DNA of 64,000 nt from Candidatus Curtissbacteria bacterium RIFCSPLOWO2_02_41_11 (GCA_001775055.1 MFBU01000009.1:382-64381); one strand, 5' to 3'; positions 47,003 through 56,314 are shown, numbered from the stretch's first letter. A program made the numbers and translations. Notes: generated by a model from the letters alone, not told the origin.

Positions 47003-49039
47003 TTATCTTCTAATTATTGCCTGGAAGGATTTGGAAAAAGCATCGATAATTTTTTCGCGAACTATTATTACCTCTTCTTGTGTTGGGGTTCGGTCGGATC
47101 GTTGATAAGTTAGTCTGAGGGTCACCGATTTTTTATCCTTACCGATTTTTTCGTCTTTAAAAATGTCGATCACATCAACCTTTTTAACTAATGGACTGCC
47201 GGCTTTTTTGACTTGGGCAATAATTTCTGCAAGTAGTGTTTTTTGGTTAAATATCGCTGAAATATCTTCAATTACAGCTGAGTATTTAGGTACCGGTTTA
47301 TACGAAAGTTGGAAGGTTGGTAGTTGGTAGATTGTCGATAAATTGATCTCGCAAGCAGCGACTTGACCTTCGAGATTAAAGTAATCGATGATCTGGTCAT
47401 TTAAGATGCCGCAAGTTCCAACAAGACTTTCTCCTACTTTGATTTGAGCAACCTCTTCTTTTTCAAAAAGATGATTTTCTCCTGTGAACTTTTGAAATTT
47501 GGGAATGCGCAAGAGTATCTCAAAAACATTTTCAACTAGGCCTTTAATCTGATAAAAATCGGCATTTTGCCAAGCGATAGCCAGCATCAAGTCTTGTTTG
47601 GGTAGATCGCCTTCATTTTTAATATAGGTTTTGGCCACTTCAAAAACTTTAATATCTTTCTCTATATTTTGATTTTCGGCAATAACTTGGGCAAGAGATA
47701 CTAGAACGGTCGGTCTCATAAATTGCCACTCGGAAGTTAAAGGGTTGGCGAGCTCAACCGCTTCTTTTTCTTTAGTTTTGGAAAGTTCAAACAGTTCTTT
47801 CGCGATAATCGAATAAGAGATAACTTCTGTTAGGCTTAAATATTTAAGGGCTTTTTTAAGCTCAATGACGCCAGCTAAATCACTCTCTCCTCCTTGGGGA
47901 ATTTGGCCTTCAGGTAGATTGGAAGGCAAATGATGATAGCCGTAAACTCTAGCAATTTCTTCAATTAAATCAACATCATCTTTAACATCAAGAATGCGCC
48001 AGCTCGGGACAACCGCACTGATAACTTGTGGTGTTGTTTTAACCGCAAACCCTAAAAGCCCCAAAATTTTAGTAGTTTTTTCGACGGAAATTTCCACACC
48101 AAGATAATTTTTAAGTTTATTTAGGGAAAGAGAAATAGTTTTTTCTACGGATTTTACGGCCGTTATATCAATTAGTTCAGAAGCAATTTTGGCATTTGAA
48201 ACTTGTTTAGTAAGATAAACTGCACGCGAGAGCGCCGGTACAATTCCTTCAAGATCAATACCCTTTTCGAATCTGGTAGCCGCTTCGGTTCTAAAAGCAA
48301 GAGCCTGACAGGTTTTTCTGATGGTTTGCGGATCGTAGGCTTGGACAAAAAGAACTACCTTTTTGGTCCTTCTGGTAATTTGGGAGTTTTCGCCTCCCAT
48401 GATCCCGCAAAGATCAATTAGTCTGCCTTCGTCTTCAATAACGATTGCTCCTTTTGGAAGTTTTTGTACTTTGCCGTCTAAAGTTTTGATTTTTTCTCCT
48501 TCGCGTGATGGGCGAAGGGTCATTTTGTGGTTTTTGATTTTGTCGAAGTCGAAGGTATGCATTGGTTGTCCGAGCTCAAGCATTATGTAATTGGAAATAT
48601 CCACAATATTATTGATTGCGCGGATACCTACGGATTCCAGTCTTTTGCAAATAATTGCCGGTGAAGGTTTTATTTTGACATTATCAACAATAATAGCTGT
48701 AAAGCGGGGGCAAAGCCGATGGTCTGTGATTTTAACATCCAAAGTTAGAGGGTTGGTTCTGTCCGGTTCTAGAGGCAAATTCAAACCTTTAGGTGAAATC
48801 AGTTCTGACTTGATGTTTTCATTTGTAAGTATGGCGTTAGCTTCACGGGCTATACCAAAGACGGAAAAAGCATCGCTGCGGTTACTGGTTACTTCGACAT
48901 CAAAAATGTAATCATCGCCGCGCTTTTCGACTCTTTCAATCGATGGGCCGGAAAGTGAAAGTAAATTGGCAATTGTTTTGGCAGCAATATTGGCCTTTAA
49001 ATAATCTCTAAGCCAAGAGACGGGAACGCGAATATTCAT
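47003..49039 (-). CDS. pheT: phenylalanyl-tRNA synthetase beta subunit (short form)
   Basis: MNIRVPVSWLRDYL...B3/B4, B5 and catalytic-like domains. 678 aa, lacking the N-terminal tRNA-binding domain. Confidence 0.88.
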   Translation of the reverse strand: MNIRVPVSWLRDYLKANIAAKTIANLLSLSGPSIERVEKRGDDYIFDVEVTSNRSDAFSVFGIAREANAILTNENIKSELISPKGLNLPLEPDRTNPLTLDVKITDHRLCPRFTAIIVDNVKIKPSPAIICKRLESVGIRAINNIVDISNYIMLELGQPMHTFDFDKIKNHKMTLRPSREGEKIKTLDGKVQKLPKGAIVIEDEGRLIDLCGIMGGENSQITRRTKKVVLFVQAYDPQTIRKTCQALAFRTEAATRFEKGIDLEGIVPALSRAVYLTKQVSNAKIASELIDITAVKSVEKTISLSLNKLKNYLGVEISVEKTTKILGLLGFAVKTTPQVISAVVPSWRILDVKDDVDLIEEIARVYGYHHLPSNLPEGQIPQGGESDLAGVIELKKALKYLSLTEVISYSIIAKELFELSKTKEKEAVELANPLTSEWQFMRPTVLVSLAQVIAENQNIEKDIKVFEVAKTYIKNEGDLPKQDLMLAIAWQNADFYQIKGLVENVFEILLRIPKFQKFTGENHLFEKEEVAQIKVGESLVGTCGILNDQIIDYFNLEGQVAACEINLSTIYQLPTFQLSYKPVPKYSAVIEDISAIFNQKTLLAEIIAQVKKAGSPLVKKVDVIDIFKDEKIGKDKKSVTLRLTYQRSDRTPTQEEVIIVREKIIDAFSKSFQAIIRR

Positions 49040-50061
49040 TAAAATTGTTCTAAGAATCTTATGTCGTTTTGATATAAAAGCCTGATATCGCCGATTCCGG
49101 TTTTTATGGCAATCGTGCGTTCAATACCCCAACCGAAAGCAAAACCTGTATATTTATGAGGATTAATGTTGCCGGCTTCAAGGACTTTCGGATGGACCAT
49201 GCCGGCTCCTCCTAACTCGACCCAACCGGATTTACAAAAACGACAGCCAGATCCTTGGCAGACTCCGCAAGTAACATCTACTTCAAATGACGGTTCAGTG
49301 AAACGGAAATAATGCGGTCTAAGACGCATCTGGCGTTTTGGCCCGAAAAATTTTGCGGTGAAATAATTAAGAGTACCCTTGAGATTAGCAATGGTGATGT
49401 ATTCATCAATAAAAAGCCCTTCGAATTGATGAAACATCGGTGTATGAGAAACATCAATTTGTCTCCTGTAGCAACGGGCGATATTAAGCATTCTAATAGG
49501 CGGTTTTTTTAACTTTTCCATTTCCCTTACTTGACCGTTAGAGGTATGGGGGGTTAAGACTTGACTGCCAAAATGAGGTTTGGGTGCAGATTTTATGAAA
49601 AAGGTTTCCCAATCGTCTCTGGCTGGATGATTTTTGGGCATGTTTAAAGATTCAAAAGCATACCAGTCCCAATCCACTTCCGGGTAACTCTCAAGAGAAA
49701 AGCCGAGTTTAGAAAAAATGGCAACTATTTCGTCAATTGCTTGGGAAATTAGATGAAGATGGCCTAATTTTAATTTTTTGCCGGGAGCAGTTATGTCGAT
49801 AAATTCCTTCGGCCTTTTCTTTTTGAGAAAGTTGTGTCTTTGTTCAAATGTTTTCTCTATTTCCTTTTTAGCTTCGTTGAGAAGTTGGCCTATTTTGGGC
49901 TTTTTTGATTTGGGTATTGAGGAGAGTTGTTTGGTAAGATTTGTGAATGTTCCACTTTTACCGAAAATTTCAAGGTATATTTTTTCTAGATCGGCAAGGA
50001 CACTTGCTGAGTTAATACCTGTACGGGCATGTGTTGCTAACTTTTTTATTTCTTTATCCAT
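49039..50061 (-). CDS. pheS: phenylalanyl-tRNA synthetase alpha subunit
   Basis: HPARDDWETFF and class II motifs 2 and 3 (FRFTEPSFEVD, GFAFGWGIERT). Confidence 0.92.
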   Translation of the reverse strand: MDKEIKKLATHARTGINSASVLADLEKIYLEIFGKSGTFTNLTKQLSSIPKSKKPKIGQLLNEAKKEIEKTFEQRHNFLKKKRPKEFIDITAPGKKLKLGHLHLISQAIDEIVAIFSKLGFSLESYPEVDWDWYAFESLNMPKNHPARDDWETFFIKSAPKPHFGSQVLTPHTSNGQVREMEKLKKPPIRMLNIARCYRRQIDVSHTPMFHQFEGLFIDEYITIANLKGTLNYFTAKFFGPKRQMRLRPHYFRFTEPSFEVDVTCGVCQGSGCRFCKSGWVELGGAGMVHPKVLEAGNINPHKYTGFAFGWGIERTIAIKTGIGDIRLLYQNDIRFLEQF

Positions 50062-50164
50062 GGGGAAATTTTAACACAAAAATACCTCTCGAACTTAAAA
50101 AATGCTTTAAGAACGAGAGGCGAAATGATTTATATCAATTGAAAATTTTTTTGTCAACTCCGCA

Positions 50165-50506
50165 CTAGCTAACTTTTTTGACAATTTCATCAAAAGCTTG
50201 CGGGTCTTCGATGGCAATTTGAGAAAGAATTTTACGGTCCAGTTCTATTTTTTTGGATTTAAGCTTGTTAATGAATTGACTGTAAGAAAGATTGTGGGGT
50301 GTAAGCGCACCGTTGATTCTGGTAATCCAAAGAGACCTATTTGTGCGTTTTTTTTCTTTTCGACCGCGGTAGGCATCGACTCCGGCATGAATGACTGCTT
50401 CTTTGGCGAGTTTTATAAGTTTTGATCTGCCACCACGATAACCTTTGGCATGAGCTAAAAGCTTTTTATGTCTTTTGTGAGTGGTTACTCCTCGTTTGAC
50501 GCGCAT
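50165..50506 (-). CDS. rplT: 50S ribosomal protein L20
   Basis: MRVKRGVTTHKRHKKLLAHAKGYRG. Confidence 0.93.
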   Translation of the reverse strand: MRVKRGVTTHKRHKKLLAHAKGYRGGRSKLIKLAKEAVIHAGVDAYRGRKEKKRTNRSLWITRINGALTPHNLSYSQFINKLKSKKIELDRKILSQIAIEDPQAFDEIVKKVS

Positions 50507-50510
50507 AATG

Positions 50511-50608
50511 GTAAGAGTACCATGGGAATCAAGGGTATCAAGAGTATCATGAGCTTTTTGATTTATAGCTCTTGGTACCCGTGGTACTCTTGGAACCCGT
50601 GATACTTT
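50511..50608. repeat. copy D of the dyad-symmetric intercistronic repeat, filling the rpmI–rplT spacer
   Basis: AGAGTACCATGGG...GGGTATCAAGAGTATCATGAGC...AGCTCTTGGTACCCGTGGTACTCTTGG; long imperfect hairpin. Confidence 0.75.
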
Positions 50609-50610
50609 TT

Positions 50611-50805
50611 CTAATCATAGGGCATTAGTCTTTCAATTCTTTTCTTTTCCGGTTTTGAAATGTAGGCAATTCGTTTGTATCGCACCTTGGCGCTTTTGGT
50701 TTTTGCGGCTTTGAGATGACCGGCCATTTGGCGTCTTCTTAAAATTTTGCCGCTTTTTGTAATTTTAAAGCGTTTGGCTGCTGCTTTCTTGGTTTTTTGT
50801 TTCAT
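50611..50805 (-). CDS. rpmI: 50S ribosomal protein L35
   Basis: MKQKTKKAAAKRFKITKSGKI. Confidence 0.92.
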   Translation of the reverse strand: MKQKTKKAAAKRFKITKSGKILRRRQMAGHLKAAKTKSAKVRYKRIAYISKPEKKRIERLMPYD

Positions 50806-50846
50806 ATTCGAACTTTAAACTGTAAACTTTAAACTTGAAACTAATT

Positions 50847-51419
50847 TTATGTTGCAGGTTTATTGTTTCCGGTTTCTGGTTGTTTTGAGTGAGTTCTTAC
50901 TGGTTTGATTATAGTGACAAACCTTCTTCCTTCGAATTTTGCTTCTCTTTCCGTTACGGCTATATCTGAAAGCTCTCTTAGAATTCTTTCCAAAAGTTTT
51001 GGCCCGAATTCAGTATGAGCCATCTGTCTTCCCATAAAGACTATTGATATTTTAACCAGATCGCCTACAGAAAGAAATTTTTTAACTCTTTCCAGCGCGG
51101 TTTGTAAATCATGCTCGCCTATAAACGGCGAAAAACGAACTTCTTTAAGTTCTGCCTGCTTGGTGTGTTTTCTGGCTTCTTTTTCCTTTTTTTCTTCTAA
51201 ATATCTGAATTTTTTAAAATCGACTATTTTGACGACCGGTGGCTTGGCGTTTGATGCTATTTCAACTAAATCCAAATTTATTTCTTGAGCTTTTTTTAAA
51301 GCTTCAGGAAGCGATAAAATTCCAATTTGTTTATGTTCTTGGTCGATGACCCGAACTTGATTTGCCCTAATTTGGTGATTTATTCTAAATTGTTTCTTGA
51401 CGGCCAGCCTCCTAATAAT
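50847..51419 (-). CDS. infC: translation initiation factor IF-3, probably with a non-AUG (AUU/AUC) start
   Basis: The track ORF starts at an internal TTG (MDLVEIASNAKPPVVKIVDFKKF). The frame stays open upstream and encodes the IF3 N-domain (...RINHQIRANQVRVIDQEHKQIGILSLPEALKKAQEINLDLVE) with no in-frame ATG. Candidate ATT at 51419/51416, ATC at 51431. 5' end uncertain. Confidence 0.7.
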   Translation of the reverse strand: MIRRLAVKKQFRINHQIRANQVRVIDQEHKQIGILSLPEALKKAQEINLDLVEIASNAKPPVVKIVDFKKFRYLEEKKEKEARKHTKQAELKEVRFSPFIGEHDLQTALERVKKFLSVGDLVKISIVFMGRQMAHTEFGPKLLERILRELSDIAVTEREAKFEGRRFVTIIKPVRTHSKQPETGNNKPAT

Positions 51420-51464
51420 AGACTTGGCGATATTATCATGTTTAGTGAATCGTTGGCAAGAAAA

Positions 51465-52649
51465 TTATGTGTTGGAGTTTTCACCGGCGATCTTTTTTTT
51501 AAAGGCGCTGATTTCCATTTGTCCAAGATCTTTGCCCTCACGAGTACGCACGGCAATTTTTTGGCCCTCTTTTTCTTTTTCTCCGATTACCAAAAGATAA
51601 GGAATTTTTTGCAAAGTTGCATTTCTGATTTTTGCCTCTAGTCTTTCGTTTCTTAAGTCAATTTCTGTGCGGATGTTGGCGACTTTAAGTTCTTCAAAAA
51701 CTTTATGGGCGTATGAGGCGACTTTATCGGAAATTGGCAAGATGACTACCTGAATGGGTGAAAGCCAAAAAGACAGATTGCCTTGAGTGTGTTCAAGCAA
51801 AATACCGATGAAGCGCTCGAGGGATCCAAAAATTCCCCGATGGATCATGGCAGGCCGCTCCTTTTGTCCGTCTTGATTGATAAAGGAAAGGTTCATGCTT
51901 TGGGGGATTTGAAAATCAAGCTGGATGGTAGCTAGTTGCCAGTCGCGGCCTTGGGAGTCATTGATGTGGATGTCGATTTTTGGACCATAAAAGGCGCCCT
52001 CCTTGAGTTTCATGCCAAATTTGACCTTAGCGCTCTTGAGGGCTTCTTCTAAATCTTTCTCGGCCTCTTGCCAGCTTTTTGTATCCCCCATTGCTTTTTC
52101 AGGTCGGGTCGCCAGATAGAATTTTGGTACAAAATCCAGTGTTTTATAAACATCCATTACCAAGAGTAATAATTTGTGTATTTCTTCTTGGATTTGATCT
52201 CGTCTAACAAAAAGATGGGCATCATCAATAACGAATTGACGGACCCGCAATAAGCCCCCTAAAACACCCGAAAGTTCATTTCTATGGAGAATTCCAAACT
52301 CGGAAAGCTTGAGTGGTAAATCATGGTAGCTTCTGATTTTAGAAGAATAAACAATTGTTGATTCTGGGCAATTCATTGGTTTTAAGGAATAATCCTCTTT
52401 ATCAACTTTTAGATTGAAGATGTCATCGCCAAAGTGTTCCCAGTGGCCTGATTGTTTAAAAAGAGCGGATTTAACCATAACGGGTGTGGAGGTTTCCATA
52501 TAACCTTCATCTTTGGTTTTTTCTCTAATGAAGTTGACAAGGGTCTGATAGATCAACCAGCCTTTTGGGTGCCAGAAAATCGCACCTGGTGCGAATTGGT
52601 GGAATGAAAAAAGATCGAGTTCGCGGCCAATTTGCCGGTGGTCTTTCAT
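51465..52649 (-). CDS. thrS: threonyl-tRNA synthetase, catalytic + anticodon-binding core only (394 aa)
   Basis: Starts MKDHRQIGRELDLFSF (class II core); no room upstream for the N-terminal TGS or editing domains. Confidence 0.85.
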   Translation of the reverse strand: MKDHRQIGRELDLFSFHQFAPGAIFWHPKGWLIYQTLVNFIREKTKDEGYMETSTPVMVKSALFKQSGHWEHFGDDIFNLKVDKEDYSLKPMNCPESTIVYSSKIRSYHDLPLKLSEFGILHRNELSGVLGGLLRVRQFVIDDAHLFVRRDQIQEEIHKLLLLVMDVYKTLDFVPKFYLATRPEKAMGDTKSWQEAEKDLEEALKSAKVKFGMKLKEGAFYGPKIDIHINDSQGRDWQLATIQLDFQIPQSMNLSFINQDGQKERPAMIHRGIFGSLERFIGILLEHTQGNLSFWLSPIQVVILPISDKVASYAHKVFEELKVANIRTEIDLRNERLEAKIRNATLQKIPYLLVIGEKEKEGQKIAVRTREGKDLGQMEISAFKKKIAGENSNT

Positions 52650-52658
52650 TGTTTTCGG

Positions 52659-52928
52659 TTATTGGACTGGCATTTGTACTTTAGAAGTTGCATCCTGAAG
52701 GATTTGGGCAACCCAAGTACCAATGATTGGAATAAGGTTTATTTTTGAAACAAAGTATCCGGCAGCCATTGCCAAAATAGCTAGACCTACAAAAGTCCCA
52801 AAACTCCAGGCAAGTCCGCCCAGAAAATTATCAAGCAAAATCTTCCAGCGGCTTTTGTAGGGCTGCAAGTATTTATTGGCACCGGTTGCCTTTTGTGGTT
52901 CCTGTTCTGCTTGTTGGTTAGGGTCCAT
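52659..52928 (-). CDS. small two-TM membrane protein
   Basis: ORF plus hydrophobic segments. Confidence 0.45.
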   Translation of the reverse strand: MDPNQQAEQEPQKATGANKYLQPYKSRWKILLDNFLGGLAWSFGTFVGLAILAMAAGYFVSKINLIPIIGTWVAQILQDATSKVQMPVQ

Positions 52929-52974
52929 AAGTTAATTCTAAGCTAAATTATTGAAGTACTGCAAGGAAATAATG

Positions 52975-53331
52975 TTAGACTGGTGTCTCGATGGGAGTTG
53001 ATTTTCTTTGTTTTTCTAGTTCTTTTCTGTTTCTAATTTGATAGTAAAGTTTAACTCTGCTTTCCAGATCATAAGGCGGCTCTTTATTTAAAAGTTCATA
53101 ATATACTTCTACCCATTGGGATTTTCCAAGAGCTACTTCGTCACCAGTTTCAGGATCTACAGCTTTATAAGGGAAGTTAGCGATATCTGTACCTACGATT
53201 TGTACCATTCTTATACTTTTTATTGTACCGTCCCTTCTTCGTGTTAGTTTTTGATAAAAGACTGGGTTAGAACGACCATCAGGGTTAGGACCTATTTCTT
53301 GCGATGATTCATTCATTTCTATCCCCACCAA
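52975..53331 (-). CDS. hypothetical protein (118 aa)
   Basis: ORF, overlaps the upstream gene by 13 nt. Confidence 0.45.
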   Translation of the reverse strand: MVGIEMNESSQEIGPNPDGRSNPVFYQKLTRRRDGTIKSIRMVQIVGTDIANFPYKAVDPETGDEVALGKSQWVEVYYELLNKEPPYDLESRVKLYYQIRNRKELEKQRKSTPIETPV

Positions 53332-53669
53332 ATTTCCTTTATGCGGCTATTTTCTTTATCAACGCCAAAGAATTTTAGACAATAATCAAGGGCGAGTTCT
53401 TTATTAAATTCCTTACAAGAGAAGATATCAATGAGGGCTTCATCGTATTTGGTAAATGAGTGAACCGAGATATCGGAATAATCAATGATGACAACAGCTG
53501 ATAGACCGGGGTTTTCGGGAAGACCTTCGGCAATTATTGGCCCTTCCAAAATTGTCATATTAAGCATTTTGACAAAACCTTCGAGGAATTCGCGGATAGC
53601 CTGTTTATCTTTGATTTTTTCGTTGCAGTTTTTAAGATCGCAGATGATGTGGTAGCGTTTTGTTTGCAT
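53319..53669 (-). CDS. speH: S-adenosylmethionine decarboxylase proenzyme, small bacterial/archaeal type (SpeH-like)
   Basis: RYHIICDLKNCN (compare HIIAELYGCD) and AVVIIDYSDISVHSFTKYDEALIDIFSCKEF (compare [29 protein letters not shown]), including the processing-site Ser region. Confidence 0.7.
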   Translation of the reverse strand: MQTKRYHIICDLKNCNEKIKDKQAIREFLEGFVKMLNMTILEGPIIAEGLPENPGLSAVVIIDYSDISVHSFTKYDEALIDIFSCKEFNKELALDYCLKFFGVDKENSRIKEIWWG

Positions 53670-53763
53670 TTCAAGTTTTATTGTAAGTGAAAATGCTTAC
53701 TTGAGCAAGAAGAGATGATTTGAATGTATTTGAGATTTCTTGTAAAATCATCTGTGGCTCATC

Positions 53764-53837
53764 GGGCTCATAGCTCAGTTGGTTAGAGCGTCACGTTGAC
53801 ATCGTGGAGGTCAGAGGTTCAAATCCTCTTGAGCCCA
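53764..53837 (+). tRNA. tRNA-Val (anticodon GAC)
   Basis: Cloverleaf folded by hand: acceptor GGGCTCA/TGAGCCC, D-arm GCTC-AGTTGGTTA-GAGC, anticodon arm TCACG-TTGACAT-CGTGG, T-arm AGAGG-TTCAAAT-CCTCT, discriminator A. CCA not encoded. Confidence 0.9.
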
Positions 53838-53872
53838 CATTGTGAAACTTTGGAGCATTTCTATTTTGGGAT

Positions 53873-54355
53873 TTACTCCACCCCACCTATATGATCAATC
53901 ATTTCTTGAGTAGGACCCTTTATGGAGTAATTTGTTGCGAGTCTTCGGAGTTGTTCTTCGCTTGTATCAGTAGTATTTCCTACGGGACTATAAAAATAAG
54001 GTAATCCTTGTTCATTCAATCTTAAAGAAACAACATAGTATTCAATTTTCTTCCAATAAGGTTTGTACTGGTCAATAGTTCTTTCGACAGTCCAGCTGGC
54101 AAGCAAGCTATTATCAAAAGGACGGAATTCTGAATTAAATAAAACAGCCTGTCCATCTAATTGGAAGACTTCATCGTTTTGTCTGAACGTTGTTCTGTAT
54201 CCAAAACGCCCCCATCCTTTTCGAGCTAAGTTTCTAATAACCGCATCCGTGTATTTTTTAACTGGCGTTAAATGTTCTGCAACTTTTTTTCTTTGAGCAG
54301 AAGTTTGTTCTTCATTTTTAATTAAATTTCTTGGTAGGCTTTCTTGATCTTTCAT
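53873..54355 (-). CDS. hypothetical protein (160 aa), last gene of the 7-gene operon
   Basis: ORF only. Confidence 0.5.
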   Translation of the reverse strand: MKDQESLPRNLIKNEEQTSAQRKKVAEHLTPVKKYTDAVIRNLARKGWGRFGYRTTFRQNDEVFQLDGQAVLFNSEFRPFDNSLLASWTVERTIDQYKPYWKKIEYYVVSLRLNEQGLPYFYSPVGNTTDTSEEQLRRLATNYSIKGPTQEMIDHIGGVE

Positions 54356-54420
54356 TGTTATACGGCGTCTATTGTTATCCTTGGAGTTGTAAAGTGTCCT
54401 TCGGTAGCGCTCAGGATACT

Positions 54421-55032
54421 TTACCCTTGCAATTGTAAAGTACCTTGTTCGTAGACTTTCATTTGCTTACCAGAAACCCAAGCCAGCATGCCGGTCGTGC
54501 GTTTGGCATTTTGTCTTTGGGCAACAAGCTCTTGAGCGCTTTTTGACTCTTCCGCTTTAATCCTTAAATATCTGACAATTGAAGTTAGTCTTTTTATGTC
54601 CAAGATCCCCACTTTTTTAGGTGTTGTTTCGATATGTGCTTTGGTTTCAACTCCAGCTGCTTTGGCCAATTTGGCGACTTCTGTCTGAAGCTGGCCGAAT
54701 TCTTCTTTCAGTTGTGTCTGTTCCTTTTGTGATCTGTTTTCTTGAACTCTGTATTCGTTTTGAATGACGCTAAATAATTCCGAAGCTTTTGATTGTGAGT
54801 CTTGATCGTCTTTATTTCCCATCTCATCAAGTCTTTGTTTATTTCTGGCCCTTTGCAGTTCTTCATGGGCAATAGCTTGGGGATTCTTGCCAACTCCCCT
54901 TTTAGTACCAAAAAAACTACCCAGTTCCGAAGCTGCTTCCTCAAGCATTGGCCCGGCAACTTGAGATTTAAGAGTTTCCAATGGCTCAAATGCGGCTTGT
55001 GCCACACCTTTAGCAACCTGTGTTGGTTTCAT
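54421..55032 (-). CDS. hypothetical coiled-coil protein (203 aa)
   Basis: ORF; charged, heptad-like regions, no transmembrane segment. Confidence 0.5.
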   Translation of the reverse strand: MKPTQVAKGVAQAAFEPLETLKSQVAGPMLEEAASELGSFFGTKRGVGKNPQAIAHEELQRARNKQRLDEMGNKDDQDSQSKASELFSVIQNEYRVQENRSQKEQTQLKEEFGQLQTEVAKLAKAAGVETKAHIETTPKKVGILDIKRLTSIVRYLRIKAEESKSAQELVAQRQNAKRTTGMLAWVSGKQMKVYEQGTLQLQG

Positions 55033-55047
55033 GTCATGCGTATTTTA

Positions 55048-55452
55048 TTACTTTTCAAAGCTAATATCAAGTTGGACTTGGGGAGACGCTAATTTTTTTT
55101 GATAGTCGCGAAAATTATCGAGTTGATTATTATAAGTTTCTATTTCTTTTGAAAGATCGGCAAATTGCGGATTAATCAAAGACTTGGGACTGGTTGTTGT
55201 TGTTAGCGGTGGAGGTGCCGTGACGATTTCGTCTTGGCCTTTTGATGAAAGCAAAAGCAATCCGAGGTAAATAACAAAAATAAGACCAACAAGACTAACC
55301 AAGGTAATTAACTTTGGCTTTTTAAGCGTAAGATGAATCTTAATTTTCGGCAGTTTCAGCTTAGGACATTCATTTTTCTGATTAACTGGTTCTGAAATGT
55401 TCTCTTCAGTAATGATTTCTTGTTCCATTGGGCCGGTACTTTCAATGTTCAT
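55048..55452 (-). CDS. hypothetical single-TM membrane protein
   Basis: Transmembrane segment LITLVSLVGLIFVIYLGLLLL; 4-nt overlap with the upstream gene. Confidence 0.5.
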   Translation of the reverse strand: MNIESTGPMEQEIITEENISEPVNQKNECPKLKLPKIKIHLTLKKPKLITLVSLVGLIFVIYLGLLLLSSKGQDEIVTAPPPLTTTTSPKSLINPQFADLSKEIETYNNQLDNFRDYQKKLASPQVQLDISFEK

Positions 55453-56297
55453 AGAATTCCGATTACCTCCTTAAATAAAGGTTTTGACCTCAGAAGTTCA
55501 TTTTTAGCAAGTTGGGCAAAGCTTGAAATGTCTTTAAGTTCGTCCCCAGACGCTGTTTGCTCTTTGGTTTTTTCAAGTAATTCTTTTGCTTTTGTCAGGT
55601 AATTTTGGGTTTTAGCCTTGATATTTGTGATTTCCGAGATCCAGTTGGCAAGGATCGATTGGTTTTGGTCTTTTTCAATTTTTGATGTGATAATTTTGTC
55701 CAAATCTCGGGCGAGTTTGTTGAAATCGGCAATTGCCGACTGTGCTTCAATTACCTCGAAAGTAGCCAAAATTTTATTGATTTTTAGATTAAATTCTTTG
55801 TCACGGTGGCTGCGAAGATCAGTTGCCAGATCGGGTAACTGCTCAAGAGTTTTGGCATCTTTAACTTTTTTTCGGTGATTGTCAAAAAAGGCAATTTCCT
55901 CATCAATAATTTGATTGATATGATCTTTTGAGATATCGCTATTTTGCCAACCGAGGCTGTTGCCGTTTTCATTAACTAAAAATAAATAGGCGTGATAAAG
56001 ATCGTCGATTTTTAAAAGGTAATCACTGGTTGCAAGATAGGCATTATTTTTGGCAGTTGCCGTCTGAAAAGTTAGATAACTTGAGCGAGCATTTATATAC
56101 TTATTTTGTGCTTCTCGATACTTAGTGAACTGGAAAGTATAGTCGTTTTGAGCTTTATCAAGCGCAGTCAAAGGCACAGGTGACTGCGCCAGTGAATAGT
56201 TAATAGTCAATAGTGAATAGATTGCGAGTAGTATAAAAAGTTTGATAAATGTATGGACTATTTTGTTTTTGAAATTAGAAATTTGAAGAGTGGGCAT
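55449..56297 (-). CDS. hypothetical secreted/membrane-anchored coiled-coil protein
   Basis: N-terminal signal/anchor FIKLFILLAIYSLLTINYSLA. Confidence 0.5.
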   Translation of the reverse strand: MPTLQISNFKNKIVHTFIKLFILLAIYSLLTINYSLAQSPVPLTALDKAQNDYTFQFTKYREAQNKYINARSSYLTFQTATAKNNAYLATSDYLLKIDDLYHAYLFLVNENGNSLGWQNSDISKDHINQIIDEEIAFFDNHRKKVKDAKTLEQLPDLATDLRSHRDKEFNLKINKILATFEVIEAQSAIADFNKLARDLDKIITSKIEKDQNQSILANWISEITNIKAKTQNYLTKAKELLEKTKEQTASGDELKDISSFAQLAKNELLRSKPLFKEVIGIL

Positions 56298-56314
56298 TAC
56301 TCCAATTTTAGTGC

